Notes: generated from the letters alone by a model not told the origin. Shown: positions 17,990-27,103, numbered from the stretch's first letter. The stretch is 28,227 nt of DNA from a virus (IMGVR_UViG_3300029286_001043:1-28227), one strand, 5' to 3'. Made by a program: numbers and translations.

Positions 17990-19593
17990 CAGAGGTTCGC
18001 TCCACGACTAATTAATTCGGTAAAACTAGTACTTGTGTTTGTAATAATTACATTCAACTGAATAAACTCGGCCATTCTAATAGGCTTAATGAAAATATCA
18101 ACATGTAACTCATTCCTATCAATTGTAGCAGGAGTATTATTTGTAGTATCACAAACTACTTTATATCCTTTGTCTCCAGTTTCAGTTTGAAAAGCGCCTT
18201 TTGAACCTAATAAATCAAGGTACTCTTCGCACATCGCTGTAATTCTGAACCTAGTTAATTCACTATTCGGCTCAAATACAAAGAATCTTAAAGAAGCTGC
18301 AATAGCTTTTTCAAGAACAATCAGAAGTCTTCGAACATTCAATCGGTCCAAAGCCGATGGTTTAGTCTTCTCCATCTTCTGACCCCATATAACATTACCG
18401 TCACCCCTGAATGTCTGTAATGGGTTTAATTCTGCTTCATATAATGTATCTCTCTCGCCTTCAGTGAAGACCTGAGTTAATCCCAGTGCACTAGAAAGTA
18501 TACCCCTGTTGAGACCGGCCGGAGCAAACCATGGCTGGCCAACAAAATCGTTGTACGCGATCTGAGAACCGACAAATCCAGATGGAGGCAATTCAACAAT
18601 CTTATCATTATACTGGTCATACCATTTTATCCATGGAGTATATAATGCGCAATAGCTAGAGTTGAAATTCTGAGTACTGTCTCTCCAAGTAACCATTGAA
18701 GATACCGAAGTCAATTGAGTATAAGGCATATCAAGAATTGCAACACAATCTTTTCTTGATTCTGCTATTGTCTTCATTTTAGTTTGAACTGTTAACTGAT
18801 CACTATTACCTTCTCCACCACCACCTTGCAAAAGCATCCTTACATCTACATCATCAGGGTTGGCAAAGAAATCCCATCCAGTATCAATGTGAGTAGCAGT
18901 TACTGCTGAACCGTCCACTCCACCACCTAAGACTACAGCAACTGAATTGGTTTTAGGTAATACATCAGTACCTAATAAACTATCAGCGACATAAATATAA
19001 TCGCTATACCCATTGATTTTGTCTTCTAAATATTGCTGTCTGCCATATCCGTCAACCTGAGTTTTTCTAGACACTGTCCATGTCTCGGTTAACTGAGCAG
19101 TACCATCACTATCCAATACATATACCTGAATGTCAAATTCATAAGATGCTGCTACAACATTTGCAATCTTAATTGACACATTGGCATTCCATACTCCGGG
19201 ATCTTTTCCGAAAATCATGAATACATTGTCGCTATCGGAATCATCAACGAAAATCGGAGTTGATTTGCCGGTTCCTAAAGTAACATTAACTTCTGAACTA
19301 TCCGATTTCTTTACTTCCATGCCGCCATACAGCGCACCATTAACTACCCTCAAGCAATATAACCTATTACCGTTTTCAAGGAATGCTAATGCGGTATAGT
19401 GAAAATAATTGCCAGGAACTGGCTCACCATATTCATTAATGAAATCCTGAGTATTTGTAATTAATATTAACTGTGTAATATCTCCCTTAGCTGAATACCC
19501 TACTAAACCTGCAGTAGTAGTAGAAACGTTAGGAATTATATTGCTAAGATCGGTTTCTTTTGTATACACCCCGGGACTGATGGGAAAGCTCAT
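17989..19593 (-). CDS. Tail sheath protein (T4 gp18-like)
   Basis: SPGVYTKETDLS, PWFAPAGLNRG, RDTLYEAELNP, WGQK....SALDRLNVRRLLI, FVFEPNSELTR, VCDTTNNTP..IDRNEL. Confidence 0.97.
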   Translation of the reverse strand: MSFPISPGVYTKETDLSNIIPNVSTTTAGLVGYSAKGDITQLILITNTQDFINEYGEPVPGNYFHYTALAFLENGNRLYCLRVVNGALYGGMEVKKSDSSEVNVTLGTGKSTPIFVDDSDSDNVFMIFGKDPGVWNANVSIKIANVVAASYEFDIQVYVLDSDGTAQLTETWTVSRKTQVDGYGRQQYLEDKINGYSDYIYVADSLLGTDVLPKTNSVAVVLGGGVDGSAVTATHIDTGWDFFANPDDVDVRMLLQGGGGEGNSDQLTVQTKMKTIAESRKDCVAILDMPYTQLTSVSSMVTWRDSTQNFNSSYCALYTPWIKWYDQYNDKIVELPPSGFVGSQIAYNDFVGQPWFAPAGLNRGILSSALGLTQVFTEGERDTLYEAELNPLQTFRGDGNVIWGQKMEKTKPSALDRLNVRRLLIVLEKAIAASLRFFVFEPNSELTRFRITAMCEEYLDLLGSKGAFQTETGDKGYKVVCDTTNNTPATIDRNELHVDIFIKPIRMAEFIQLNVIITNTSTSFTELISRGANL

Positions 19594-19604
19594 ATTACTC
19601 CTCC

Positions 19605-20072
19605 TTATTTGTTATTAAAAAATTTTAACCATCCAAATAAACCTTTTTTCTGTACCTTATCTATTGCTTGCTGCAAATTACTTTTTAACTTTATCTCAAT
19701 ATCAAACTCCTCCTTACGATTTTTCCCTTCCATATCTTGATACCTTCTATAGAATATAAGACGATTTGTAGCTAACTGGTCTATATTCCAAAGCCCATAT
19801 AACTTATTTGCTTCAGCATTACCGACTTTATCCAAAAAGTAATCATTACTAACTACTCTTCCCTTTTGGCCGTTTTCTGGATCATTATGTTTTATCTCAA
19901 CGGTACCCCAAACGGTAAGTCTCAACAACCACGCTTCCAATGTTCCGTCAAAATCGCAAGGCCGCATATCTGGATGAGCTAGCATTTTACGCTCTTCTTC
20001 AGATTCTTCAGGAGTTAAGTTCTCCATTATTGATTCTTTTACCACACTTGATAATTCTTCAAATAATCCCAC
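19605..20072 (-). CDS. Hypothetical protein with C-terminal amphipathic tail (KKGLFGWLKFF)
   Basis: 155-aa ORF with a strong GGAGGAG RBS; no family recognised. Confidence 0.75.
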   Translation of the reverse strand: MGLFEELSSVVKESIMENLTPEESEEERKMLAHPDMRPCDFDGTLEAWLLRLTVWGTVEIKHNDPENGQKGRVVSNDYFLDKVGNAEANKLYGLWNIDQLATNRLIFYRRYQDMEGKNRKEEFDIEIKLKSNLQQAIDKVQKKGLFGWLKFFNNK

Positions 20073-20081
20073 AGCTCCTCC

Positions 20082-20963
20082 TTAACTCTCGTCACTTGTT
20101 ACTACTGTATACGATGCCAGTAAAATAGAATTAGCAGTGGTCGTATAAACCAACCCGCTTGCTGAAGTACTAAAGGCTAAATCAACAGTAAGAGAAGTAT
20201 TGTTAGTTATTGTAACAATAATCCTCTCTCCTTCACCACTAACATATATTTTATCCCCGACTGTACGTGAAAGAAAATCGGTTCCTACGCCAGTTAAAGT
20301 AATTGTACCATTAGTAGTAACGGTCCCGACTCCAGTATTTACACCTGCAGTAGTTATATCATCGCTATACCAAACATCCATATAAATCTTGAGTATAGTT
20401 TTAAAATCTACAAGCGTTACTATCCACGCTTCTAAATCGAATGAAACTTTATAAACAAATAATGCACCTTTATTATATTGGTCTTCTAAATAAGTACTCT
20501 CATCAGTAACGCCTTTAAACTTTATATCCATCTGCATAGGATATAAATTGTTAAAACTTATAGAAAGATTTGGGTTAATATGAACCCAATTTAAATATGT
20601 CTCAATTGCTGCCATTACTTTATCCAAAGAACGAGACCAAAACCAAACATCATAACTGATTGTAGCAGGAACAGCCTTAGCCGTAACTATACTTGTATGA
20701 GTTCCGTCACTGTATTCCATCATAATCCCGCGTCTAGCGACCGGAGATCTCTGCCTTGCCCAATCAAAATCTATTCCCGTTCTCCAAAGACTAATGAATT
20801 CAGCTTGATTTGCCCCACGTTTTTCAGCAATTGTTCGTTGTGCAATTGATTTAGGAAAGAAAACCAGGTCAGTATTCTGAGTTGTCAGCCCCATATCGGT
20901 CTGAAACTTTGTAAATACTAGGGTTTTCATCGCGTCGTCAACTGTCTTTATGAAACTACTCAT
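20082..20963 (-). CDS. Tail terminator/completion protein (gp15-like) with an added fibre-type beta domain
   Basis: Near the sheath gene; KAVPATISYDVWFWSRS and F...F.LEAW pattern; C-terminal GTVTTNGTITLTGVGTDF insert. Confidence 0.65.
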   Translation of the reverse strand: MSSFIKTVDDAMKTLVFTKFQTDMGLTTQNTDLVFFPKSIAQRTIAEKRGANQAEFISLWRTGIDFDWARQRSPVARRGIMMEYSDGTHTSIVTAKAVPATISYDVWFWSRSLDKVMAAIETYLNWVHINPNLSISFNNLYPMQMDIKFKGVTDESTYLEDQYNKGALFVYKVSFDLEAWIVTLVDFKTILKIYMDVWYSDDITTAGVNTGVGTVTTNGTITLTGVGTDFLSRTVGDKIYVSGEGERIIVTITNNTSLTVDLAFSTSASGLVYTTTANSILLASYTVVTSDES

Positions 20964-21220
20964 TAGCTTTTAGCTTTCTCTATTAATAAATACATGAACT
21001 CATTCCAAAATGAATGCTCTTCTGCTTTATGTAAAGTAATATTAAGATTCTTCTTTATCCAGTCTTCTACAAAATGTTCAGGTTCAGTACATGGAAAAAC
21101 ACTTTGAGTTAATTTAAAATCTACAAACGCTTTATGAGCGAGTAATCTAAACGCCGCAAGTTTAAAACAATTTGTTGCTCCTACCATTTTCTTAGGTTTT
21201 GAAGTTCCACGCTTAGCCAT
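20963..21220 (-). CDS. Hypothetical protein
   Basis: 85-aa ORF with TAATG coupling to the downstream gene. Confidence 0.65.
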   Translation of the reverse strand: MAKRGTSKPKKMVGATNCFKLAAFRLLAHKAFVDFKLTQSVFPCTEPEHFVEDWIKKNLNITLHKAEEHSFWNEFMYLLIEKAKS

Positions 21221-21222
21221 AG

Positions 21223-21435
21223 TTAGTCCTTTAAATACTCTAATCCTTCGTTTACAGGAAGAACCTCACTTAAATCTAATTCTACTTCGACCAATCCATA
21301 TAAGGCTGAAAGATTGCATACTTCTCTATTCTCTATAATATCCCCAGGCCCTAAATATATAGTAGTGAATGCATCAATCTTAACAGGTATTTGAGCATTC
21401 GAAATATTCTTCAATTTACGAACAACTTTATGCAT
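21223..21435 (-). CDS. Hypothetical protein
   Basis: 70-aa ORF abutting both neighbours. Confidence 0.65.
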   Translation of the reverse strand: MHKVVRKLKNISNAQIPVKIDAFTTIYLGPGDIIENREVCNLSALYGLVEVELDLSEVLPVNEGLEYLKD

Positions 21436-21873
21436 TTATTTCTTTCTGAGCGGTGCTAATTTAAACCATCTATAAGTTTCACTTGAATAAGTATTAGATA
21501 ACAAAATATCAACAATCTCGAAACAATCAGTATCATAAGTCCCGGGTATATATCTAACTGGAACTCTAATATAACTTCTGATCAATACTTCAGGAAAATT
21601 CTTGAAATAAGCAGTTATTGGTGCTTCACCTTCTGCAAATATTCCTAATTTCCTAAGTCTTTCTAAATCTTTTGCAAACCAGCGAATCCAAACCTTCTGT
21701 CCAGTATACTCTCTAAACGTTATATTAGAAGGATCAGTATACGCGTCATTAGGTTCCTGTGCAGTCAAATTTGTAGGAATATAAAGCGTACAATCAATAC
21801 CGTAAGTATCAACAGTAAGATCGTTGAAGGTCCGCAAGACGTCAATTGTACGATCTGGTATTATTCCACTCAT
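21436..21873 (-). CDS. Neck/head-tail adaptor protein (gp14/head-closure-like)
   Basis: YGIDCTLYIP...D.YT...LRKLGIFAE...P...F...SYIRV...FEIVDI pattern, and position in the neck region. Confidence 0.6.
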   Translation of the reverse strand: MSGIIPDRTIDVLRTFNDLTVDTYGIDCTLYIPTNLTAQEPNDAYTDPSNITFREYTGQKVWIRWFAKDLERLRKLGIFAEGEAPITAYFKNFPEVLIRSYIRVPVRYIPGTYDTDCFEIVDILLSNTYSSETYRWFKLAPLRKK

Positions 21874-22277
21874 TTGGTAATCGACATTCCTTCCTTCACC
21901 ATCTCTTCTACCAAAGCTTTAGTTTCTTTCTTCGAAAATTCCCGTGCATCTATAACTCTGGTTATTACAGTAACTACAGAAGTAACAATTATAATTGCTA
22001 TAGCTATCACACCTACAAAAGCCTTGATGTTTGCAATATTTACCTTATTACACCCGGTATCATCTTTAACTGCTTCCATTAATTTACGGCAATCAACACA
22101 TTGCTTGCTTACTTGTTCAACTATCTCTTTAGTAATACCATTATGAAGTCTAGTATTAATTTCTTTCATGGTCTCAGAAGCTGTTTCAAGAGAAGTAGTT
22201 ATCTTCTCTAAACTTACAGCCGTTTTACCCATTACTTCTACAAGCGTAAATACTTCTTCTTTTGAGAGTTCACTCAT
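21870..22277 (-). CDS. Coiled-coil membrane protein with one C-terminal TM helix (holin-like by architecture)
   Basis: N-terminal heptads, then IKAFVGVIAIAIIIVTSVVTVI. Confidence 0.6.
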   Translation of the reverse strand: MSELSKEEVFTLVEVMGKTAVSLEKITTSLETASETMKEINTRLHNGITKEIVEQVSKQCVDCRKLMEAVKDDTGCNKVNIANIKAFVGVIAIAIIIVTSVVTVITRVIDAREFSKKETKALVEEMVKEGMSITK

Positions 22278-22860
22278 TTTTACTCCTAGTAACTCCTAAA
22301 CTTATTAATTTTTTAGTATTTTCGGAATGTTTCCTACCGTACATAGGATTATCTTTTCCAAATCGGTGAATTCCAAACATAGGATTCTTCTCACCACTTC
22401 GATCTGCCCCATACATAGGATGATTTTCGCCAGAGGTTGCCTTGCTAATTTTTGCACGAGTTTCCAATGAATGCCTCTTTCCTAATCTTTTAATCCTTAT
22501 CTTCTGTTTAGTTTCTTCGGAATGTTTTCTCCCGTACATACCATTATTTTTACCATTAATATCTGCATAGTTTCCAGTATTACCGCCATCTCCGCCGTCA
22601 GATATATTATATAACCTGTTTTTATTAAATCTTTTTCTATACTCTGCTATGTATTGTTTTTCTAATGAATTAAGTTCAACTTTATTATTAGCATAGACTA
22701 CAACCTCAAGCCTAAATGAATCTTTACCGTGCTTATTTAATGCTCGTTGTAAAATTATACCACTTCCATAATAATCAGAATCGAAATTACCTTTGCGTTT
22801 TCCTATATAGATTCTATTATTGCGATTATTTATAGTTTTATATATGTAACCGTAATGCAT
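22270..22860 (-). mobile_element. Free-standing GIY-YIG homing endonuclease with NUMOD3 repeats
   Basis: YGYIYKT-x8-YIGKR, YYGSG..L.RAL.KHG...F...V....N...E..YI; GRKHSEETKQKI and G.KNPM.G repeats. Confidence 0.93.
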
Positions 22861-22873
22861 TTATTTTTTCCAC

Positions 22874-23308
22874 TTACTTTTTATTATAACTTTTCTCGGC
22901 CGGCACACAAATAGTTGCACATTTTGAATTATCTTCCAAGGCGGTAACCGAATGTTCATGGCCCGCGGGTATAGAAACGCATTGTCCGGGTTCTATAATT
23001 CTAACAATTGTTTTGAAGCTATATAATTCTACAGCGAAACTACCTTTGACACAGATTAAATATTGATGAGACAGTTCATGAATATGATTAGGATATTTAT
23101 CCCCAGCCTTCATACCATACGCCATTGTAAAATTTGTATCATCATCTTCATACACCGTCTTATTTTCTATATCTAGCCCGAGTATATTACCGGGCTTTTT
23201 ATATTTAAACATACCTAATTTCAATAGGTTATCTATTGTCTTCAGTTTTGAATCTACTCGTTCTGAAACTTCAGCGAACTTCAGAAACTGCTCCTGTAAA
23301 AAAGTCAT
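22874..23308 (-). CDS. Cupin-domain protein
   Basis: Motif 1 G.KYPNHIHELSHQYLICVKG and motif 2 IEPGQCVSIPAGHEHSV. Confidence 0.88.
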   Translation of the reverse strand: MTFLQEQFLKFAEVSERVDSKLKTIDNLLKLGMFKYKKPGNILGLDIENKTVYEDDDTNFTMAYGMKAGDKYPNHIHELSHQYLICVKGSFAVELYSFKTIVRIIEPGQCVSIPAGHEHSVTALEDNSKCATICVPAEKSYNKK

Positions 23309-23327
23309 TTATCAACCTCCACACCAT

Positions 23328-23825
23328 TTATCTCAAAATGATATTAGTTTCTATTCTAGCTAAAGGAATAAGAACTTTAGCCATATCGAGATCTTTAAGC
23401 TGAATGTCTGGAGATACCCCTAATTCTTTAGCAACGTATTCAGCTTGATAGTCTCCTTTTTTAGTTTTAAATACTCGCATGTATTCTCTTAGCGTTTCAT
23501 TAGGATTCTTTCTCTGATGATTTACTAAATTCTTCAAGCCCGCTCTAATCCCGTCCTCAAGAGATGCAAATATAGCATGACCGAACTTATCCTTACCTGT
23601 CATGCCTTTCCAATTGTCAAAGGCTTTTAAATTAATTGGATTGTTATTCTTCTGTCCTAAAGTCTGATGAATTGCAGCAGTAGGCTTTGCTTCAACTCCA
23701 CTTGGTGAACCGAAAGCAAGGGCAGCGGCAGTCAATCCAGTTGCAACTGCACCTTGCCAATTAAGTTCGCAGAGTTTCTGAACATCCTTATCTGCTACTA
23801 TATATTCATACAGCTTGTTATCCAT
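23328..23825 (-). CDS. Virion protein with NNNPxN lysozyme-fold-like domain (putative muralytic 'structural protein P5'-type family)
   Basis: KNNNPINL...W.G......A.F.....GIRA...NL.......TL.EY...Y....A.ELGV...L.D....L...ARIE. Confidence 0.7.
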   Translation of the reverse strand: MDNKLYEYIVADKDVQKLCELNWQGAVATGLTAAALAFGSPSGVEAKPTAAIHQTLGQKNNNPINLKAFDNWKGMTGKDKFGHAIFASLEDGIRAGLKNLVNHQRKNPNETLREYMRVFKTKKGDYQAEYVAKELGVSPDIQLKDLDMAKVLIPLARIETNIILR

Positions 23826-23826
23826 A

Positions 23827-24315
23827 TTATTTCTTTACTTCCTCGGTCTTCTCCATTAAATCCTTACGATCTTTCTCATCATACTTTGCAGGATCAGCAG
23901 GAATCTTACCTTCCTCGGTTTTAACTTCAACTTTGGCTTCAGCAGCAACAGGCTCGTCAACTACCGGAGCTTCAGCGGCAGGACCTTCTTCGGCAGCAAC
24001 TTCATCTTCCTTCGCTAGCTCTTCTTCCATCAGTGCTAATGCAGCATAATAATCTTTACCTGGAAATTCGTTGATATGATCTAAAACAATCTTTCCAATT
24101 ATTGACATATCATTGTCAACTGATTCGGCATGCTCGATCTCAACTGATAATCCAGCTTCGAAAGCTGCCTTCTGCTCTTCAGATACTCCTAACTCCTCAA
24201 CTAATTCAGCAACTAACTCCGGTGTAATTTCAGGAAGAGCAGAAGCTTCATCCGCCATCGGATTAAAATCTTCAGCTACCACCTGCTTTATTCTCGCATA
24301 TAACGTGTTATCCAT
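23827..24315 (-). CDS. DUF5661-like acidic virion protein
   Basis: AGLSVEIEH......IGKIVLDHINEFP..YY..L..ME motif. Confidence 0.8.
   Translation of the reverse strand: MDNTLYARIKQVVAEDFNPMADEASALPEITPELVAELVEELGVSEEQKAAFEAGLSVEIEHAESVDNDMSIIGKIVLDHINEFPGKDYYAALALMEEELAKEDEVAAEEGPAAEAPVVDEPVAAEAKVEVKTEEGKIPADPAKYDEKDRKDLMEKTEEVKK
23894..23913 (+). repeat. 20-nt near-identical direct repeat (second copy at 25468-25487), encoding EGKIPA[D/E] in two adjacent proteins
   Basis: tcagcaggaatcttaccttc vs tcagcaggaatcttgccttc (1 mismatch). Confidence 0.85.
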
Positions 24316-24341
24316 TTGTTTCCTCCCTTTAGTTAATAAAA

Positions 24342-25760
24342 TTATTCCTTCGATTCAAGTAATATATTTAAAAATTTCTTCAGCGTTTCAACGTCCTTAT
24401 TTTCCATTGCAGTTTTAAGAGCATCAAGTCCGATCCTATCCATTGATTTCAACTTGCCCGCTACCCGCTCTAATGTAACATCAGTACCTAATAACGTCTT
24501 CAGCGAAGCTTTAACTGATTCAGCATATCCCCAAGTAAAGTCATCGGCCGATTCTTTAATTATCTCTTTAGACTCAGTAACCCCGAGTTTCTTAGCTACT
24601 TCTATCGCCTTTTGTAAAGCTAAAATAAATTCTTCAGTTTTAGCAATACTAGAAGTTCCTATTCCAGGCCAGTTGATACCTTTAGAACGTCCAGTACCTT
24701 TCATATTATAAACTGTAATCATTCGACTGCCATTTACTATAATATCAGCATAATCCTCGCCTTCACGATGATCTACTTCTATATTCTCATCTACCTTCTC
24801 CTCTTTCTTTGCTTCGATCGGTAACTCCTCTTCCTTAGGCTCTTCGCCTGCAACGGGTTCTTCAACTACCGGAACTTCAGCAGCAATCGGCACTACTTCA
24901 GTATTTATAGACGGAGTATCGAGTGTAGTAATCTGCGTTCCACCTTCAGTAGATACTATATTTACTTCTTTATCTTCAGTCTTAATCGTAACATCTACAT
25001 CTTCTTTAACTTGAACTTCTTCTTTCTTTTCCTCTTCTATTTCCTCTTCTTCTTTTGCAGTAGGTTCTGTCTCAGGTGCCGTAGGATTTTTCTCTAATGC
25101 TTCCTTACGCCTGGCCAATGCAGCCTTCAATCTGGTTTCCTGCTCTCCACTGATCTTTCCACTTGTAGCAGTCTTCTCTATATTGTTCATTATATCTTCT
25201 AATGCTGCAATATCTGCGGCCTTGTGGATCTTTCTTAATAAAGATGTAGCCATCTTAGTTACTGCGGCAGCGGCTTCGTCTTCTTTCTTTGATTCCTTCA
25301 TCGAAGTAACTACCCACTTCTTCGTTTCAGGATCTTGACTAACTGCACCTTTATTCGAGGTAGCAAAATTCTTAGCAACTTGCTCATCGCTGAACTCACC
25401 TAAAACAATTTCTTGCTTGTCGTCTTCAGTAAGTGTCTGCTTAGTTGTATCATCGACCTTTGCCGGTTCAGCAGGAATCTTGCCTTCATTCTTCTTTTCA
25501 GCTGCAGCTTTATTGATCTCGTCTTCTTTGCTTTTGTTTGCCGCACGTGTAGCCGCCTCTAAATCTGTATCCTTAGGCTCTTTAACTTCCTTAACCTTCT
25601 GCTCCAATTCATTAACCCGATCCTCTAATGTCTTCGGAATAATTACAGTATCAGCAACTTTAGTCTCTACAACTTTTTGTATTCCGGCTTTCTCAATTTC
25701 AGATTCAGAAACATTTTCTCTTATGTATTTATAAAGCCCGTCCATAATATTCTTACTCAT
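24342..25760 (-). CDS. Acidic, low-complexity modular protein; candidate scaffold/internal head protein
   Basis: 472 aa rich in E/K/A; segments bounded by xxE|S/G/A/N motifs (MKESK, VTESK, IKESA, LLESK, KNEGK). Confidence 0.65.
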   Translation of the reverse strand: MSKNIMDGLYKYIRENVSESEIEKAGIQKVVETKVADTVIIPKTLEDRVNELEQKVKEVKEPKDTDLEAATRAANKSKEDEINKAAAEKKNEGKIPAEPAKVDDTTKQTLTEDDKQEIVLGEFSDEQVAKNFATSNKGAVSQDPETKKWVVTSMKESKKEDEAAAAVTKMATSLLRKIHKAADIAALEDIMNNIEKTATSGKISGEQETRLKAALARRKEALEKNPTAPETEPTAKEEEEIEEEKKEEVQVKEDVDVTIKTEDKEVNIVSTEGGTQITTLDTPSINTEVVPIAAEVPVVEEPVAGEEPKEEELPIEAKKEEKVDENIEVDHREGEDYADIIVNGSRMITVYNMKGTGRSKGINWPGIGTSSIAKTEEFILALQKAIEVAKKLGVTESKEIIKESADDFTWGYAESVKASLKTLLGTDVTLERVAGKLKSMDRIGLDALKTAMENKDVETLKKFLNILLESKE

Positions 25761-25775
25761 GCAATTCTCCTTTGC

Positions 25776-25791
25776 TTTGGTCCCCTAGACC
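25776..25791. repeat. Left copy of an imperfect inverted repeat (TTTGGTCCCCTAGACC); right copy at 26379-26395
   Basis: The reverse complement of 26379-26395 is TTTGGTCCCCCTAGACC (1-nt indel). Both copies are intergenic. Confidence 0.85.
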
Positions 25792-25803
25792 TTTAACTTG
25801 ATT

Positions 25804-26352
25804 TTAACGTAAGTTAACTATACTTCCATCTACTACATAAGTACCAATTGTTGAAAACTTGGCAACTGAACAATTAATTGGGACTGTCGTTAATGCACTA
25901 CATCCTAATGCTAATCCCGTGACATTTGAACCTGACCCACAATAGTGTATGTCATCTCCTGCGCCTTGAAACTGATTACCAAAAACTTTAGGCTGATATT
26001 CCTGCCAAGTTATAGCATATGGAAAATACCAAGGAGATCGATCTCTCTCAATTATTGTTTCCTTCTCCTTGATAATAATAACCACTGAGACCTTCTTTGC
26101 CTCTTCATCCTTTTCTTGTCTCTCGGCTATTCTGTCTAACCGTCCTTCTTTCATATCGTCTAGATCCATCCTTAAGATTTTTCGCTGATCCTCGAGCTCT
26201 TTAACTCGGTCTTTAGCTTTACTAATATCTTTTTCGACCTTATTAATTTTCTCTAGCGTCTTAAGAACGATCTGCTTTACTTCTTGTATCTGTTTTTCTT
26301 TTAAGGAATCCTCGGCTTCCTCAACGGCCTTTTTAACCATTTCACTTGTCAT
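25804..26352 (-). CDS. Hypothetical protein with N-terminal coiled coil, flanked by inverted repeats
   Basis: 182-aa ORF with AAGGAG RBS. Confidence 0.8.
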   Translation of the reverse strand: MTSEMVKKAVEEAEDSLKEKQIQEVKQIVLKTLEKINKVEKDISKAKDRVKELEDQRKILRMDLDDMKEGRLDRIAERQEKDEEAKKVSVVIIIKEKETIIERDRSPWYFPYAITWQEYQPKVFGNQFQGAGDDIHYCGSGSNVTGLALGCSALTTVPINCSVAKFSTIGTYVVDGSIVNLR

Positions 26353-26378
26353 TTTACTTCTCCTTTTCCCTTGTTATT

Positions 26379-26395
26379 GGTCTAGGGGGACCAAA
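26379..26395. repeat. Right copy of the inverted repeat (GGTCTAGGGGGACCAAA); part of a local TTGGTC-N6-GACCAA palindrome at 26377-26394
   Basis: Read directly from the sequence. Confidence 0.85.
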
Positions 26396-27103
26396 TTATT
26401 CTTCAATACGTAATTGTTGACCATCATATTTTAAACTCTTAATACTTCTAAGAAAAATCTTAGCGCTAGAAAAATCTAATTTACACACTGCTATATTCAA
26501 ATTCTTAGCTAATTCTTGCTCCTCAGTATCACACGGCTGTTTAGTCCACATATTTAACATCTTACTAAGCTTATCTGAATCTTCCTTCTGAGCTTTCTCT
26601 GGCGAATCGTCATAATGTAAAGTCTTAGCATCTAATGCCTGAAATAATCTTTCAAGCCTCTTAACCTTTTCCATTATGTAACCCATATCATTATATGACT
26701 TACTCAACTCTCTAAAAATATCGCCAGCACCTTCTAAATCATATCTAAAAGTAGACTTCCATTCTTTATGAACTAATACTTCTTGATTGGCTTCTTGATA
26801 GGATAATGGACTAGTAGATTCTTCTAATCCATACTCCTTGCGGATCTTGTTAACATGGTGCTTAACGAATGCTCCCATTGCCCAATCTCTTGTTACTTTA
26901 TATGCAGTCTTTACTTCCCCACTTCGCTTCAATATCTCTTGATAATATGCAGTAATCTTCTTAATTCTATCTGACCTTACTTCAGGCCCTAACGTCTCAA
27001 TCTCGTCTACAAATTCCTGAATCAACGGTTCGATCCCAGTCCCACGTTCTATACCTTCAATGATCTGCACACTTTTAATTATATAATCAATCATTTCAAT
27101 CAT
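26396..27103 (-). CDS. Hypothetical protein (possible head-internal protein)
   Basis: 235-aa ORF; N-terminal QIIE|G and internal GLEE|S motifs. Confidence 0.75.
   Translation of the reverse strand: MIEMIDYIIKSVQIIEGIERGTGIEPLIQEFVDEIETLGPEVRSDRIKKITAYYQEILKRSGEVKTAYKVTRDWAMGAFVKHHVNKIRKEYGLEESTSPLSYQEANQEVLVHKEWKSTFRYDLEGAGDIFRELSKSYNDMGYIMEKVKRLERLFQALDAKTLHYDDSPEKAQKEDSDKLSKMLNMWTKQPCDTEEQELAKNLNIAVCKLDFSSAKIFLRSIKSLKYDGQQLRIEE

Noticed and set aside
17240-22860. Group I intron around either homing endonuclease
   Set aside because: Flanking genes appear complete and intergenic gaps are under 20 nt, leaving no room for intron core structure.
22827-25733. T4 late-promoter TATAAATA matches on the minus strand (22827-22834, 25726-25733)
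   Set aside because: Both are inside coding sequence in AT-rich DNA, and the motif was not seen upstream of the main structural genes.
25776-26395. The GGTC..GACC hairpins as rho-independent terminators
   Set aside because: No U-tract follows on the transcribed (minus) strand, and the left stem is only 4 bp.
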